Of a stretch of 64,000 bases of DNA, positions 1-8,767 are shown one piece after another. The notes under the pieces were generated by a model that searched no databases, was not told the DNA's origin, and saw nothing but the letters and a program-made list of their open reading frames with translations. The translations under genes and the position numbers were made by a program. Source of the DNA: Thermoplasmata archaeon (GTDB taxonomy: Archaea > Thermoplasmatota > Thermoplasmata > Lutacidiplasmatales > UBA184); NCBI GenBank assembly GCA_028864975.1, contig JAGWLG010000002.1:64001-128000 (forward strand), written 5' to 3'. Numbering within the stretch: the stretch's first letter is position 1; every line of letters starts with the position of its first letter.

Positions 1-49
1 GGGCCCTCGGGGTGGGTCCCGCGGTGGGGCCGGCGCGGCCGAGGCGGGG

Positions 50-2857
50 GTGGGGGACGTCCCGTTCCAGGTCGACGAGGCGGCCGCCGTGGTCATCTTC
101 GAAGAGGAGAAGCCGAAGCGCATCTTCGACCACGCGTCGGCGCTCTCGAAGGCGCATCCCTGCCTCGTGCTGGGCCGGGACCGTCCTCAGTCGGTGCGGC
201 AGAGGTTCCCCGAGCTCGCTCCCTCCTCGCGAGTCCTTTGGCTGTCGAGGACCGAGGGGGAGGAGGTGATCCCTCCGAGCCAGCTGGACGCGTTGGGCGA
301 GCTCGCGGAGAAGCACCTCCGCCAGCACGAGGGAGGCGTCGTCGCGCTCGCGGGCATCGAGTACCTGGTGAGCCAGAATACGTTCCTCCCGGTGCTGCGG
401 CTCTTGCAGTTCCTGAGAGACGTCGCTGAGGGGACAGGGGGGAAGCTGCTCCTCTCGGTCCACCCCGCGGCCTTCGATGCCCGGGAGTTCTCGCTGCTCG
501 AGGCCGAGGGGGAGGTGGTGAAAGCCCCGTCGGCGGCGTCGCCCACCGGAGGGAGCGCCGAGGAGCGGCCGTCGGGCCGGGGGACGAGCGAGCCCTCCTC
601 CGCCACGCTCCTCCGATACGTCCAGACGTTCGAGGCGGAGTCCCGCAACCGACCGCTCCTGCTCCTGCTGGACGACTTCCAGTGGGCGGACGAAGGCTCG
701 GCGCTGGCCTTCCAGTTCCTCTCTCGGAACCTTCGGCGGGCCCCCGTCATCCTCGTGGCGGGCGTCCGCGACGCCGAGACGCGGACCACGGTCGCGGCGG
801 GAGGCGGGAGCCCCCAGGAGGGGGTCGTCGTCGATGTCATGGACAACCTGGACCGCGAAGGGATCCTGCGGAGGCTGCCGCTGCGGGGGCTCGACCCGGG
901 GGAGGCGCGCGACCTCCTCGAAGGCTACCTGGGGGCACCGCTCGCGCCGGGGGACGTCGAGGGGGCGGCGCAGACCCTGGTCGAGCTCACCGGAGGGAAC
1001 CCGTACCACCTCCTGCAGGTCGTGAGCCAGCTCAAGGAGGAGGGGCTCGCCCGGGTCGAGGGGGGCCGGGGGCTCATCTCGCTCCCTGCTCCGACGGAGG
1101 TTGGGTCGTCGTTCGCGGGCTCTCGGGGGCGCACCTCGCTCCCGACGATCCGGCGCCTGGTCTCTCGGCAGCTCGAAGGCCTGCCGAAGGAGGACCGCGC
1201 CCTTCTCGAGACCGCGTCCCTCGTCGGGCGGGAGTTCGACCTCCCTCCCCTGGCGGACGTTCTAGGTCGCTCCCGGGAGGACCTGAAGGCCCGTGCCGAG
1301 AAGCTCACCACGCGGCCCCCGCTCCTCACGGCACGGGAGGACGGGAAGCGCTACGCCTTCCAGAACCCGATCGTCTGGGAGGTGGCGAGGGAGGAGCTCT
1401 CGGCCGAGGACCGACGCCGGTGCTCCCGGACCCTCGCGGACTGGTTCACCTCGCGTCGTCCAGAGGAGACCGAGACCATCGCGCGCCTCTACTACGAGGC
1501 CCGGGACCGGACGAAGGGGCTTCCGTGGATCCGCAAGGCGGCCGACAAGGCGCTCCGGACGCAGGCGAGCGATGCGGTCGAGCGTTACGTTCGGTGGGCG
1601 GAGGACCTGCTGCGCGGGAGCGGGGAGGACTGGGAGGGACGCGTGATGGAGGGGGTACGGCTCGCGGAGGGGATCCGCGAACAGGGGGCTATCCGCGACG
1701 CCCGACGGCTCCTGCAAGGGTTGCTGGAAGCGGGGCCCCCCGACAAGCTCCGTTGGCGGGTCCAGAGGGCGCTGGTCATGGCCCAGGCGGACATCGATGC
1801 GCGCGAAGCCCGCACGCGGCTCGAGGAGCTCGAACGCAGCCTCCAGGCAATGCCCGAGGCGAAGATGCCGGAGTGCCGCTCGCTCCTCGCGGTGACGCGG
1901 GCCCACGTGCTGACCCTCGCGGGCTCGTGGGAGGAAGGGCTCGCCGCGGCGCGCGAGGCCCTCCAGCTGCTCTCGGAGGTAGGAGGGGGAGACCCGGCCG
2001 AACGTGCGCAAGCCCTCTACGCGGCGGGGTGGTGCCTGAAACAGCTGGGACGGCTCGAGGAGGCGCGCGAGCAATTCGCCCAAGGTCGCGCCGCGGCGGC
2101 GGTCGCCGAGCGACCGGGGCTGCTCGCCTCCCACATGAACGGCGAGGGGGCGGTCGCCCTCCTTCGAGGGGACCTCCCGGCCGCGCGCCGGGCCTTCGAG
2201 GACGCGGTCGAACAGTGCCGCAAGACGGGGAACGTCGCGAGGGTCGCCTCGATCCTGCTCAACATGGCCGAGGTCGCGTTGAACCTGGGGGACCTGGAGG
2301 CCGCCCGGAAGGCGGCCGAAGAGGCGCAGGCGCTGGGGGAGCGCTTCGACGTCCCTCGGGTCGCCGCCAACGCGACCTTCCGCATGGGCGTGATCCACCA
2401 GAAGGAGAAGCGATGGGAGGAGGCTCGCACGGCGTTCCAGGCCGCGCTCGAGCGCTACGACCGCTTGGGCCTGGCCGACCTCGCCTACTCCGCCCGGATC
2501 AACCTCGCGCTCCTGCGCGGGATCATGGGCGACCCTCAGTCCGCCCTCGTCGAGCTCGAGGAGATGGTCCGCAAGAGCGTGGGCGTCGACCTCAGGAACC
2601 TACCGCTCTATCACCAGGCCCGGGCGGAGCTCAAGGGGTTCACCGGCGACTCCGACGGAGCGAAGCGCGAGCTCGAGCGGGGGCTCGAGGCCGCGCGTTC
2701 GACGCAGAACCTCCTCTCGCAGGCTTCCCTGCACGAAGCCCTGGGGGCGTGGGAGGATGCGCACGGGGACCCCGCGCGGGCCCGGGTCCAGCGCGAGCAG
2801 GCCGAGGCGCTCTTCCGTCAATGCGGACTACCGAAAGGGAGCACCTCGCGCGGCTGA
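50..2857 (+). CDS. DUF835 domain + partial STAND/MalT-type NTPase (Walker B onward) + helical/wHTH region + TPR array; frame is open to the left window edge, so possibly 5'-truncated
   Basis: DUF835-like WLSRTEGE...GGVVALAGIEYLVSQNTF...FSLLEAE; STAND-like LLLLDDFQWADEGS, LTGGNPYHL, LETASLVGREFD, YAFQNPIVWEVA; C-terminal TPR-like helices. No stop codon in frame from position 2. Confidence 0.8.
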   Translation: MGDVPFQVDEAAAVVIFEEEKPKRIFDHASALSKAHPCLVLGRDRPQSVRQRFPELAPSSRVLWLSRTEGEEVIPPSQLDALGELAEKHLRQHEGGVVALAGIEYLVSQNTFLPVLRLLQFLRDVAEGTGGKLLLSVHPAAFDAREFSLLEAEGEVVKAPSAASPTGGSAEERPSGRGTSEPSSATLLRYVQTFEAESRNRPLLLLLDDFQWADEGSALAFQFLSRNLRRAPVILVAGVRDAETRTTVAAGGGSPQEGVVVDVMDNLDREGILRRLPLRGLDPGEARDLLEGYLGAPLAPGDVEGAAQTLVELTGGNPYHLLQVVSQLKEEGLARVEGGRGLISLPAPTEVGSSFAGSRGRTSLPTIRRLVSRQLEGLPKEDRALLETASLVGREFDLPPLADVLGRSREDLKARAEKLTTRPPLLTAREDGKRYAFQNPIVWEVAREELSAEDRRRCSRTLADWFTSRRPEETETIARLYYEARDRTKGLPWIRKAADKALRTQASDAVERYVRWAEDLLRGSGEDWEGRVMEGVRLAEGIREQGAIRDARRLLQGLLEAGPPDKLRWRVQRALVMAQADIDAREARTRLEELERSLQAMPEAKMPECRSLLAVTRAHVLTLAGSWEEGLAAAREALQLLSEVGGGDPAERAQALYAAGWCLKQLGRLEEAREQFAQGRAAAAVAERPGLLASHMNGEGAVALLRGDLPAARRAFEDAVEQCRKTGNVARVASILLNMAEVALNLGDLEAARKAAEEAQALGERFDVPRVAANATFRMGVIHQKEKRWEEARTAFQAALERYDRLGLADLAYSARINLALLRGIMGDPQSALVELEEMVRKSVGVDLRNLPLYHQARAELKGFTGDSDGAKRELERGLEAARSTQNLLSQASLHEALGAWEDAHGDPARARVQREQAEALFRQCGLPKGSTSRG

Positions 2858-3071
2858 CGGCAAGGGCCCGTCGGGGCGTGGGAGAGAGCTCCCTCCGGCA
2901 CCCGGTCGAGCGCCTCGACCATCAGGGAGGCCTCCGATCCGGGTGGCCGGCGGACCCCTGCCACGTCGGAACGGAGCACACGACGCCGCTCTTGGCCGCC
3001 CATTTCCGGCGTCGACCTGACCTGTCCATGAAAGGGTTATTCTGCAGGCCCCGCGGTGCCTGGCCAAGCCC

Positions 3072-3854
3072 ATGTCCGGCGCTCTGGCCTCCGCGCTCCG
3101 GTGTCCCAAGTGCGGGACAGGAACGCTCGCCAAGCTCGCCACCGGATGGACCTGCGAGCAGTGCGGGTTCGCTCCCTTTGCAGGGAGGGAGAAGGAGAAG
3201 GTGCCGCCACCGTCGCCGATCAATCCCCGCACGGTCGACCCCGCAGGCCGCCCCTTCTCCGCGTCCGACCTGGCGGCGGACGCCCCGCCGAAGGTACGGT
3301 TCAACTCCCTCGAGAAGCGCCCGGAGGCCCTTCGGGTGCAGTGGATGCCGGCGGGCGCGGGCCTCCGCTACGCTTCCCGCGTTTCCCTCCAGACCGTCCC
3401 CCCGGGGGAGAACGTGCCCCTCGAGCTCCTCGCCCACAATCAAGGGCCCCATCCCCTCTCGCTCGAGTACTACGTCCAGCTCACCGGGAGAAGCGGGGTG
3501 GTCGCGGTCTCGCGCGTCTACTCGGGCGACCTTCCTCCCGAGGGCGTCCTGGACGCGACGGTCCTACTGCCCCCTCCCGACGACCCGGAGGGCTGCCGGG
3601 TCTCCACCTATTGCCGGGCGCTACCGGCCACCGGACGCCTGCAACCCGAGCTCCAGCCGCCCGGTGTGGCCCCGGTCCAGGGGAGCGTGAGCCTACCGGT
3701 CCAGCCGACCGACCCGGACGTCAAGTTCCTCACGTCGGTCCGCTGCCCTCGCTGCGAGAACAGGATGGCGTGGGTGCCCGGAGGGCCCCGCAGGGCCCGG
3801 GCGTGGGTGTGCGACGCCTGCCAGCATCGGGTCGAGACGGGTCTGCTGGGTTGA
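3072..3854 (+). CDS. Hypothetical protein with N- and C-terminal zinc ribbons around a beta-rich (Ig-like?) core
   Basis: CPKC..CEQC at the N-terminus and CPRC..CDAC at the C-terminus; coding-like codon usage. Confidence 0.7.
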   Translation: MSGALASALRCPKCGTGTLAKLATGWTCEQCGFAPFAGREKEKVPPPSPINPRTVDPAGRPFSASDLAADAPPKVRFNSLEKRPEALRVQWMPAGAGLRYASRVSLQTVPPGENVPLELLAHNQGPHPLSLEYYVQLTGRSGVVAVSRVYSGDLPPEGVLDATVLLPPPDDPEGCRVSTYCRALPATGRLQPELQPPGVAPVQGSVSLPVQPTDPDVKFLTSVRCPRCENRMAWVPGGPRRARAWVCDACQHRVETGLLG

Positions 3855-4264
3855 GCGGGACGACGAGCGACCCCTCCTGCTCAACCTGACCCGGACAGGT
3901 CCTGAGCGTGGCCGATAGGGGTTCTTGCTCGCGACGCGGCCGGGACAGGTCGAACTCTGCGGGATCAGACCGACCGTCGGTGAGAGACGGGATCGACCCG
4001 GGTGCGACCCACCTTCCCACGCTCCGTCGGGAGGGCCCTCAAGCGACCATCACCGCCCCCCACACGGATCTCCTCGCGCCCTTCACAGGCCGTTGATCGG
4101 TAGGCCAGGGTCGCGCGGCCCCCACGGGGGCCAGAGGCGAGGTCTCCGCCCCCTATCGGACAGATCCCTTGGGGGAGCCTCAACGGAGGAGGGGGATCCT
4201 TGCTGGACCCTTCTTCCCCGCCGCCGGTCTTCCGTCCGAAGGGGAGGGGCTCCCGCTAGGGCAC

Positions 4265-4298
4265 CTTTATAGAGAATCGAATATTTCCATTATCGAAA
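4265..4298 (+). promoter_or_regulatory. TATA box plus imperfect palindrome (candidate MarR operator) of a probably leaderless marR operon
   Basis: CTTTATAG at 4265-4272, about 30 nt before ATG 4302; TTTCCATTATCGAAA (4284-4298) matches its reverse complement at 12/15 positions in an AT-rich patch. Confidence 0.6.
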
Positions 4299-4301
4299 CA
4301 A

Positions 4302-4814
4302 ATGAACGCTGTCGCCGACCCCCGGGCGTCGCGCGCCACGCCGGAGGAGAAGCTCTCCCGGGCCCTTGGAGAGCTCACGCGCTGGCGATTGAGGCTCGGA
4401 AGGGAACTGGGCCGCGCCCGGGGGATGACGCTCCCTCAGGTCTTCCTTCTCGCGGGCCTTGTCGAGAACGCCCGGATCCCGGTCACGCGATGGGCGGAGG
4501 TCACAGGGTCCTCCCCGTCGACGACGACGGCGCTCCTGGATGGTCTGGAGGACGCGGGGCTGGTCCGCCGGGAGCACGACGAGGAGGACCGCCGACAGGT
4601 CCTGGTCTCGCTCACTCCCAAGGGGCTCAGGATCGCCGAAGAGTTCCGGCGGGAGGGGCGCCGCCAATGGGAAGCGCTCTGTCGAGGCATCCCTGCCGCG
4701 GAGCTGGACCGGAGCTCCGCCACCCTCCGACGGATCCTTCTCAAGGTCGATCCGGAGCCTGCGGAGGACCCCCTTCGACCCCCCTTGAGGTCAGAACGCT
4801 GGAGGAACGCATGA
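4302..4814 (+). CDS. MarR-family transcriptional regulator
   Basis: GMTLPQVFLL...TTTALLDGLEDAGLVRREHDEEDRRQVLVSLTPKG MarR wHTH signature. Confidence 0.92.
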   Translation: MNAVADPRASRATPEEKLSRALGELTRWRLRLGRELGRARGMTLPQVFLLAGLVENARIPVTRWAEVTGSSPSTTTALLDGLEDAGLVRREHDEEDRRQVLVSLTPKGLRIAEEFRREGRRQWEALCRGIPAAELDRSSATLRRILLKVDPEPAEDPLRPPLRSERWRNA

Positions 4815-5758
4815 CCGCCCCTACGATCGAGGCGACCGGCCTGACGAAGAGGTTCGGGAACTTCACCGCCCTCGACCACTTGGAGCTCAAGCTCGAGGGG
4901 GCCAAGTGCGTGGGCTTCCTGGGACCGAACGGTGCCGGGAAGACGACCACGCTCAAGATGCTCACCGACATGATCTTCCCCACCGCCGGGGAGTGCTTCA
5001 TCAACGGTATCTCGGTGCAAGCCGAGCGCAAGGTCGCGCTCGCCGACGCGGGTGTGCTGATCGAGAGCCCGGAGATCTATCCGTCCCTCACGCCCCGCCA
5101 AGCGCTCCAGATGATCGCCGACCTTCGCGGGCTGCCCGCCAGGGACACCAAGGGGAGGATCGACGAGGTGCTCTCCGAGGTGAAGATGGCCGACTGGGCG
5201 GACAAGCGCGTCGGACGTTTCTCCAAGGGGATGAAGCAACGGATCAACATCGCTGCTGCCCTTGTCCACGACCCCGACGTCGTGATCTTGGACGAGCCGG
5301 CGACGGGGCTCGACCCGCGGGGGATGGCCGAGGTCCGCGACATCGTCCGCGGTCTCAAGAAGCGCAACCGTCTGATCTTCATGTCGAGCCACATCCTTCA
5401 GGAGGTGGTCGACGTCTGCGACGAGGTGGCCCTGATCGACAAGGGCAAGCTGCTCTTCTACGACACCCTGGCCAACGTCACCTCGAAGTTCGCGGGGGGC
5501 AACCCCACGATCGACGTCGGGCTCGCCCGCCCGCTCGGCAGCGAATCGGCCCTCCAGGACATCGGGGCCCTTCCGGGCGTGACCTCCTGCACGTTGCTCG
5601 AGCCGAAGCGGATCCGACTTAGGTTCAACGGCGGCCCGGACGGACGGGAGCAGCTCCTGGCGAGCCTCGTGGAACTCCGGATCGGGGTCACGAGCCTCTC
5701 CGAACCTGTCAGCGCGCTCGAAGAGATCTATCTCAAACAGATCGAGAAGGGAGACTGA
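4811..5758 (+). CDS. ABC-2 type exporter ATP-binding subunit
   Basis: Walker A GPNGAGKTT, signature FSKGMKQR, Walker B VILDEP, switch SSH; ATG 4811 overlaps the marR stop (ATGA) with a GGAGG SD. Confidence 0.95.
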   Translation: MTAPTIEATGLTKRFGNFTALDHLELKLEGAKCVGFLGPNGAGKTTTLKMLTDMIFPTAGECFINGISVQAERKVALADAGVLIESPEIYPSLTPRQALQMIADLRGLPARDTKGRIDEVLSEVKMADWADKRVGRFSKGMKQRINIAAALVHDPDVVILDEPATGLDPRGMAEVRDIVRGLKKRNRLIFMSSHILQEVVDVCDEVALIDKGKLLFYDTLANVTSKFAGGNPTIDVGLARPLGSESALQDIGALPGVTSCTLLEPKRIRLRFNGGPDGREQLLASLVELRIGVTSLSEPVSALEEIYLKQIEKGD

Positions 5759-5762
5759 GGAC

Positions 5763-6668
5763 ATGGCCGCGCACGAGGCTTCCGCCGTCGCCAAGCTGCC
5801 GACCGCACCGCGCACCCGCTTACAGGTCCCCGGGTCCGTGAACCAGGTCCTCAAGCTCACCCGGGCGCAGTTCGGCGAGTACCTCTCGTCGCGGCGGTTC
5901 GTGATCCTCGTGGGGATCGTCATCGCCATCGGGGGGATCCTGACCGCGGTGGTGGCCTACTTCCGCTCGAGCCTCGTCTCCTCGAGCTCGCTCGCCTTCT
6001 ACGGCTCCCTCTGGGGCGGCGCGGCAGGTTTCGTCATCGTCCTGGCCGCCGTCTTCTTCGGCGGGGACGCCATCGCCGGGGAGTTCCAGAACAAGACCGG
6101 CTACTTCCTCATGGGCCTTCCCATCCGCCGTTCTGTGGTCTACGTGGGGAAGTACATCGCGGCGCTGCTGGCCTCCCTCTGCGTGCTCTTCCTCTTCCTG
6201 GTGATCCTCCTGGCCAACGGCGCCTACTACTACGGCGGGAACGCCCTGCCCTGGCAGCTGCTCCCCTCGGTCCTTCTGGCCGTGGTCTACCTCTTCGCGG
6301 TCCTGGGAACCACCTTCTTGTTCAGTTCGCTCTTCAAAACGAGCGCGTACGGGTTCGTGCTGACGGCGATCCTCTTCCTCTTCGGGTTCACGCTCCTCCA
6401 GGACCTGGTCCAAGGCCTCGTGAAGATGGAGCCCTGGATGGTCATCTCCTACGCGAGCAGCGCCATCGGGGAGGTCTTCGCCCCGACGGTCAACTGGGGG
6501 CTCGGAGGAACGATCGTGTCGACGAGGATTCCCACCGGACCGGGTAGATTCGACACCGTGACCTCCTACACATCCGGCGTGGCCGAAGGTCTGGCGATCA
6601 TGCTGGCCTACTTCCTGATCACCGGGGTCGTCGGCCTCCTCCTCTTCGAGAAGGAAGAGTTCGCCTGA
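5763..6668 (+). CDS. ABC-2 type exporter permease
   Basis: Multi-TM protein; GGDAIAGEFQNKTGYFLMGLPIRRS...GKY is the typical ABC-2 permease motif; operonic with the ATPase. Confidence 0.92.
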   Translation: MAAHEASAVAKLPTAPRTRLQVPGSVNQVLKLTRAQFGEYLSSRRFVILVGIVIAIGGILTAVVAYFRSSLVSSSSLAFYGSLWGGAAGFVIVLAAVFFGGDAIAGEFQNKTGYFLMGLPIRRSVVYVGKYIAALLASLCVLFLFLVILLANGAYYYGGNALPWQLLPSVLLAVVYLFAVLGTTFLFSSLFKTSAYGFVLTAILFLFGFTLLQDLVQGLVKMEPWMVISYASSAIGEVFAPTVNWGLGGTIVSTRIPTGPGRFDTVTSYTSGVAEGLAIMLAYFLITGVVGLLLFEKEEFA

Positions 6669-6718
6669 CCTCTCGCGAACCTGTCAAGGACTCCACGGGC
6701 AGGTCGCCCGCCGATCGC

Positions 6719-7585
6719 TCAGGGCGTCAGGAGCTCGCAGCCGCCCTCGACAACCAGAAAGGTCCGTTCGGCCTGCGAGACCCAGCCGTGCCCCTCTTCA
6801 ACGAACACGGGGTAGGTCTGCAACCGCTTGCGGGCTTTGAGCAGCGCCGAGCGCAGCTCCGGCTCAGGCACCCAGCGGGCGCAGAACGGTAGGGTACGGA
6901 ACCGACCGAAAAGCTCCGAGAGTTCAGGGAACTTCTTCGCGGAGGGCGGCTCGCGGAACCTCATGATGTTCCCGAAGGCCCCGTTCCCGATACGCCCTGC
7001 GCCGTTCGTCGCGAACGGCTCGATCGCGACTACCTCCCCTGGTTCGAGACGGGCGGTGCTCATGCCCGTGACGTTCGGCACGGACTTGCCGGCGTGCAGG
7101 AGGTAGCTCTCGATGGTATGTCCCGTCAGGTTCTCGACCGGCTTGAACCCCAACGCGTGGATCGTTCGCTCGATGGCGCGGGAGAGGGTCATCGTCTCGA
7201 CCCCGGCCCGGAGCTCGCGCTCGGCCGCCTCCACCGCGCTGCGCGTCGCGGCAACGAGCGAGGCGTACTTTGTTGCGCCGACCTCGACCGTTGCGGCCGT
7301 GTCCGAGATCGCCCCGTCGAGATGGGCGCCCACATCGACCTTCACGACGTCCCCGACGGCGAAGCGCCGCATGTCCTCGGGGTCGGGGGTGAAGTGGGCG
7401 GCCTCGTCGTTGATTGACAGGTTCACGGGGAAGGCCGGCTGCCCGCCCTGGGAGCGGATGTACTTCTCGACCTCTTCGGCGACGTCCCGGCGCGAGGCCC
7501 CTTCGCGGATCATCCCGGCGCCCAGGTCCCGGGCCGCCCCTCCGATCTTGCCGGCCCGACGCCAGCGGTCCAGGTCCTTAGGCAT
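6719..7585 (-). CDS. map: Methionine aminopeptidase type II
   Basis: AFPVNLSIND.AAHFTP, VKVDVGAHLDGAISDTA, LTGHTIE, AIEPF, QAE metal ligands; start re-picked at ATG 7585. Confidence 0.93.
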   Translation of the reverse strand: MPKDLDRWRRAGKIGGAARDLGAGMIREGASRRDVAEEVEKYIRSQGGQPAFPVNLSINDEAAHFTPDPEDMRRFAVGDVVKVDVGAHLDGAISDTAATVEVGATKYASLVAATRSAVEAAERELRAGVETMTLSRAIERTIHALGFKPVENLTGHTIESYLLHAGKSVPNVTGMSTARLEPGEVVAIEPFATNGAGRIGNGAFGNIMRFREPPSAKKFPELSELFGRFRTLPFCARWVPEPELRSALLKARKRLQTYPVFVEEGHGWVSQAERTFLVVEGGCELLTP

Positions 7586-7617
7586 GGGAGGAGCGCGAGC
7601 GGTCCTCGCCCTTATGA

Positions 7618-8178
7618 CTACCGTCGGGGGCGACGATGAGGGTGTGACCTCGTCAGATCGATGATCGTGGAGGGGCGCCCCGAGGGCGGAGGCGGCCCCG
7701 TCAGGTAGACCGCGACCTTGGCGCCGAACTGTCGACGCGCCTGCTGCACCGTTCGGCACGGAGGTCTTCCGTGGAGATTGGCCGACGTGGACGTGATCGG
7801 CCCCGCCCGCCGGGCGAGCTCACGCGCGATGGTGTGGTCAGGGACCCGAAGCCCTAGCGCGCCCCGCTTCCCGAAGAGGCCCGGTGGGAGTCGCCGTCGG
7901 GCGAGGGGGGTGGGCATCACAAGGACCGTGTAGGGACCAGGAAGGAGGGAACGTAGCTCACACCGCTGTCGGACGGTGAGGCGGGCATACTCCTCGACCT
8001 CCTCGACCGAGGAGAGGCCGACCGACATCGGGGCGCCCTCGGGTCGACGCTTGACCTGGACCAGGGACCTGACCGCATCGCTGCGAGGAAGAACTGCGAG
8101 GCCGAGGAGCGTATCCGTGGGGTAGAGCACGATCTTCCCCGCGCGCAGCGCCGTCAGGGCTCGGTCCATCTCGCTCAT
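7618..8178 (-). CDS. tsaC: L-threonylcarbamoyladenylate synthase (single-domain TsaC/YrdC type)
   Basis: YPTDTLLGL, KRRP, LLPGPYTVL, GLRVPDH, ITSTSANLHG, PSTIIDL motifs. Confidence 0.93.
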   Translation of the reverse strand: MSEMDRALTALRAGKIVLYPTDTLLGLAVLPRSDAVRSLVQVKRRPEGAPMSVGLSSVEEVEEYARLTVRQRCELRSLLPGPYTVLVMPTPLARRRLPPGLFGKRGALGLRVPDHTIARELARRAGPITSTSANLHGRPPCRTVQQARRQFGAKVAVYLTGPPPPSGRPSTIIDLTRSHPHRRPRR

Positions 8179-8218
8179 GCGACGATCTCCCCCACGAACC
8201 CGGGTGGGGAGCTCCTCC

Positions 8219-8680
8219 TCAGAAGTAATCCTCGTCCACGCGGTGGTAGGAGACGTACTCCTTTTCGGAAAAGTACAGCGGAAGCTCCCGCTGGGCCGTG
8301 GGGACCGAGTCGGAGGCGTGGACCACGTTCGGCGTCAGCGCGAGGGCCAGGTCGCCACGGATCGTGCCGGGGGCGGACTCCCACGGCTTGGTCGCGCCGT
8401 TCATGGCACGCACGACCGCGACCGCGTTCCTCCCTTCCACCGCTAGGGCGAGCACCGGGGCCGAGGTGATGAACTTCACGAGCTCGGGGAAGAAGGGCTT
8501 CGCCTTGTGCTCCTCGTAGTGCTTCTCGGCGAGATCCTTGGGGATCTGCATGAGCTTCGCGGCGACGACCTTGAGGCCCCGCCGCTCGTAACGGGAGAGG
8601 ACCTCTCCCATGAGGCCGCGGCGGACGCCGTCGGGTTTGACCAGGACGAGGGTTCGCTCCTTCGCCGCTTCGCCGGGCAT
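8219..8680 (-). CDS. ndk: Nucleoside diphosphate kinase
   Basis: ERTLVLVKPDGV, PGTIRGD, NVVHASDS (catalytic His); start re-picked at ATG 8680. Confidence 0.97.
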   Translation of the reverse strand: MPGEAAKERTLVLVKPDGVRRGLMGEVLSRYERRGLKVVAAKLMQIPKDLAEKHYEEHKAKPFFPELVKFITSAPVLALAVEGRNAVAVVRAMNGATKPWESAPGTIRGDLALALTPNVVHASDSVPTAQRELPLYFSEKEYVSYHRVDEDYF

Positions 8681-8767
8681 GGCCCGCCGAGGAGTGACCT
8701 CCCTCAAGAGGTTTCCGACCTTCGGGCCACCTAGGCTCAAATCCTCCGGGCCCGCTCCCGCGGCTCT

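Noticed and set aside
682-3690. 1002-aa + strand ORF and many other long shadow ORFs (e.g. 13315-15369, 24286-26265, 32777-36118, 47024-48952)
   Set aside because: Arg/Gly/Pro-rich out-of-frame or antisense shadows of real genes, expected at high GC; no family motifs.
3970-4015. CCGTC-GGTGAGA-GACGG hairpin followed by ATCGACCCGGGTGCGA, resembling anticodon and T arms
   Set aside because: No U33, no TTC, and no acceptor or D arm.
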